Below are positions 63,350-64,000 of a DNA stretch of 64,000 bases, in pieces; within the stretch, counting starts at the first letter, position 1; every line of letters begins with the position of its first letter. The notes beneath the pieces are model-generated. The model worked only from the letters and a program-made list of their open reading frames with translations. It did no database searches and was not told the origin of the DNA. The position numbers and the translations under genes are program-made. Source of the stretch: Eledone cirrhosa (taxonomy: Eukaryota); the NCBI GenBank assembly GCA_964016885.1, contig OZ024747.1, forward strand, positions 22,444,001 through 22,508,000. Direction: 5' to 3'.

Positions 63350-63990
63350 TGATTATGAATAATTTTGAACCTCCAAATTTGTGGAAGAAACACGGAGTTC
63401 TTCTTGGAATCCGTGCCGGGAGGACAAATAAGACCAGAAGATCAACTCCCAGAACAACAGGTGGTTCGCTGTCTCATCCAAAGACGTGCCCAGAGTCATG
63501 CAGACAAAGTTTCCAGCGACAACATTGGTCTTAGGTGTCATCATGCCACCTCACTTCTTCCCTGAGAGCCTCAAGCTGAACACCGATGGCTACATCCGCG
63601 TTCTGAGCGAGGTAGTAAAGCCCTGGATTGACCAGGTAGCTGCAGGTAGGCCGTACGTGTGGCAGCAAGACTCAGCACCCTGCCATACCAGCCGAAAGAC
63701 CCAAGCCTGGCTGTCAGAGAACTTCGTCGACCACACTTCACCTGACATCTGGCCTCCCAGTTCGCCTGACTGCAACCCCCTCAACTTCTTTGTGTGGGGC
63801 ACAGTGGAACGAGACACCAACAGATCTAGCTGCAATACGAAAGACGATCAGAAGGCCAGGATCACAAGTGCCTTTAGGGGCTTAAGTCGGGGGACAGTGA
63901 TGAAGGCCTGTAGCCGGTTCCGAGGCCGCCTTGAGGCCGTCATCAAAACCAAGTGAGATCGAAAGAACAAGTCATGAAGACAAACTGACC
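63350..63990 (+). mobile_element. Tc1/mariner maT (DD37D) transposase, C-terminal fragment, defective
   Basis: WQQDSAPCH...WPPSSPDCNPLNFFVWG: 37 residues between the second Asp and the third catalytic position, which is Asn here; N-terminal half missing. Confidence 0.88.
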
Positions 63991-64000
63991 CAAGTTTGAT

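Overview
AT-rich, microsatellite- and SINE-dense animal DNA; the repeat landscape suggests an octopod cephalopod (inference). The window holds one tRNA-Asp(GTC) gene and a complete 9-exon YIPF1-family gene on + (CDS 4089-28552, 314 aa, all introns GT-AG, phases consistent). A convergent, unannotated secreted-protein gene lies on -. It has two constant exons (62876-62677, 60672-60597) followed by FOUR paralogous, stop-containing, phase-matched terminal exons (51173-51010, 44599-44418, 40395-40235, 33979-33804) sharing three cysteines. This is most simply read as one gene with a cassette of alternative C-termini, possibly anti-LPS-factor-like. A type I hammerhead ribozyme with an intact core lies sense to this gene just after the second terminal exon; another lies upstream of YIPF1, plus several decayed ones. 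A ~3.9 kb 38-bp minisatellite has its unexpanded seed visible in the paralogous exon flank. The YIPF1 stop codon comes from an antisense retroelement tail. The rest is RTE LINE fragments, tRNA-derived SINEs, piggyBac- and hAT-type MITEs, CRE-like relics, a maT (DD37D) transposase fragment and fold-back palindromes. All alignments and counts were done by eye; repeat boundaries are approximate.
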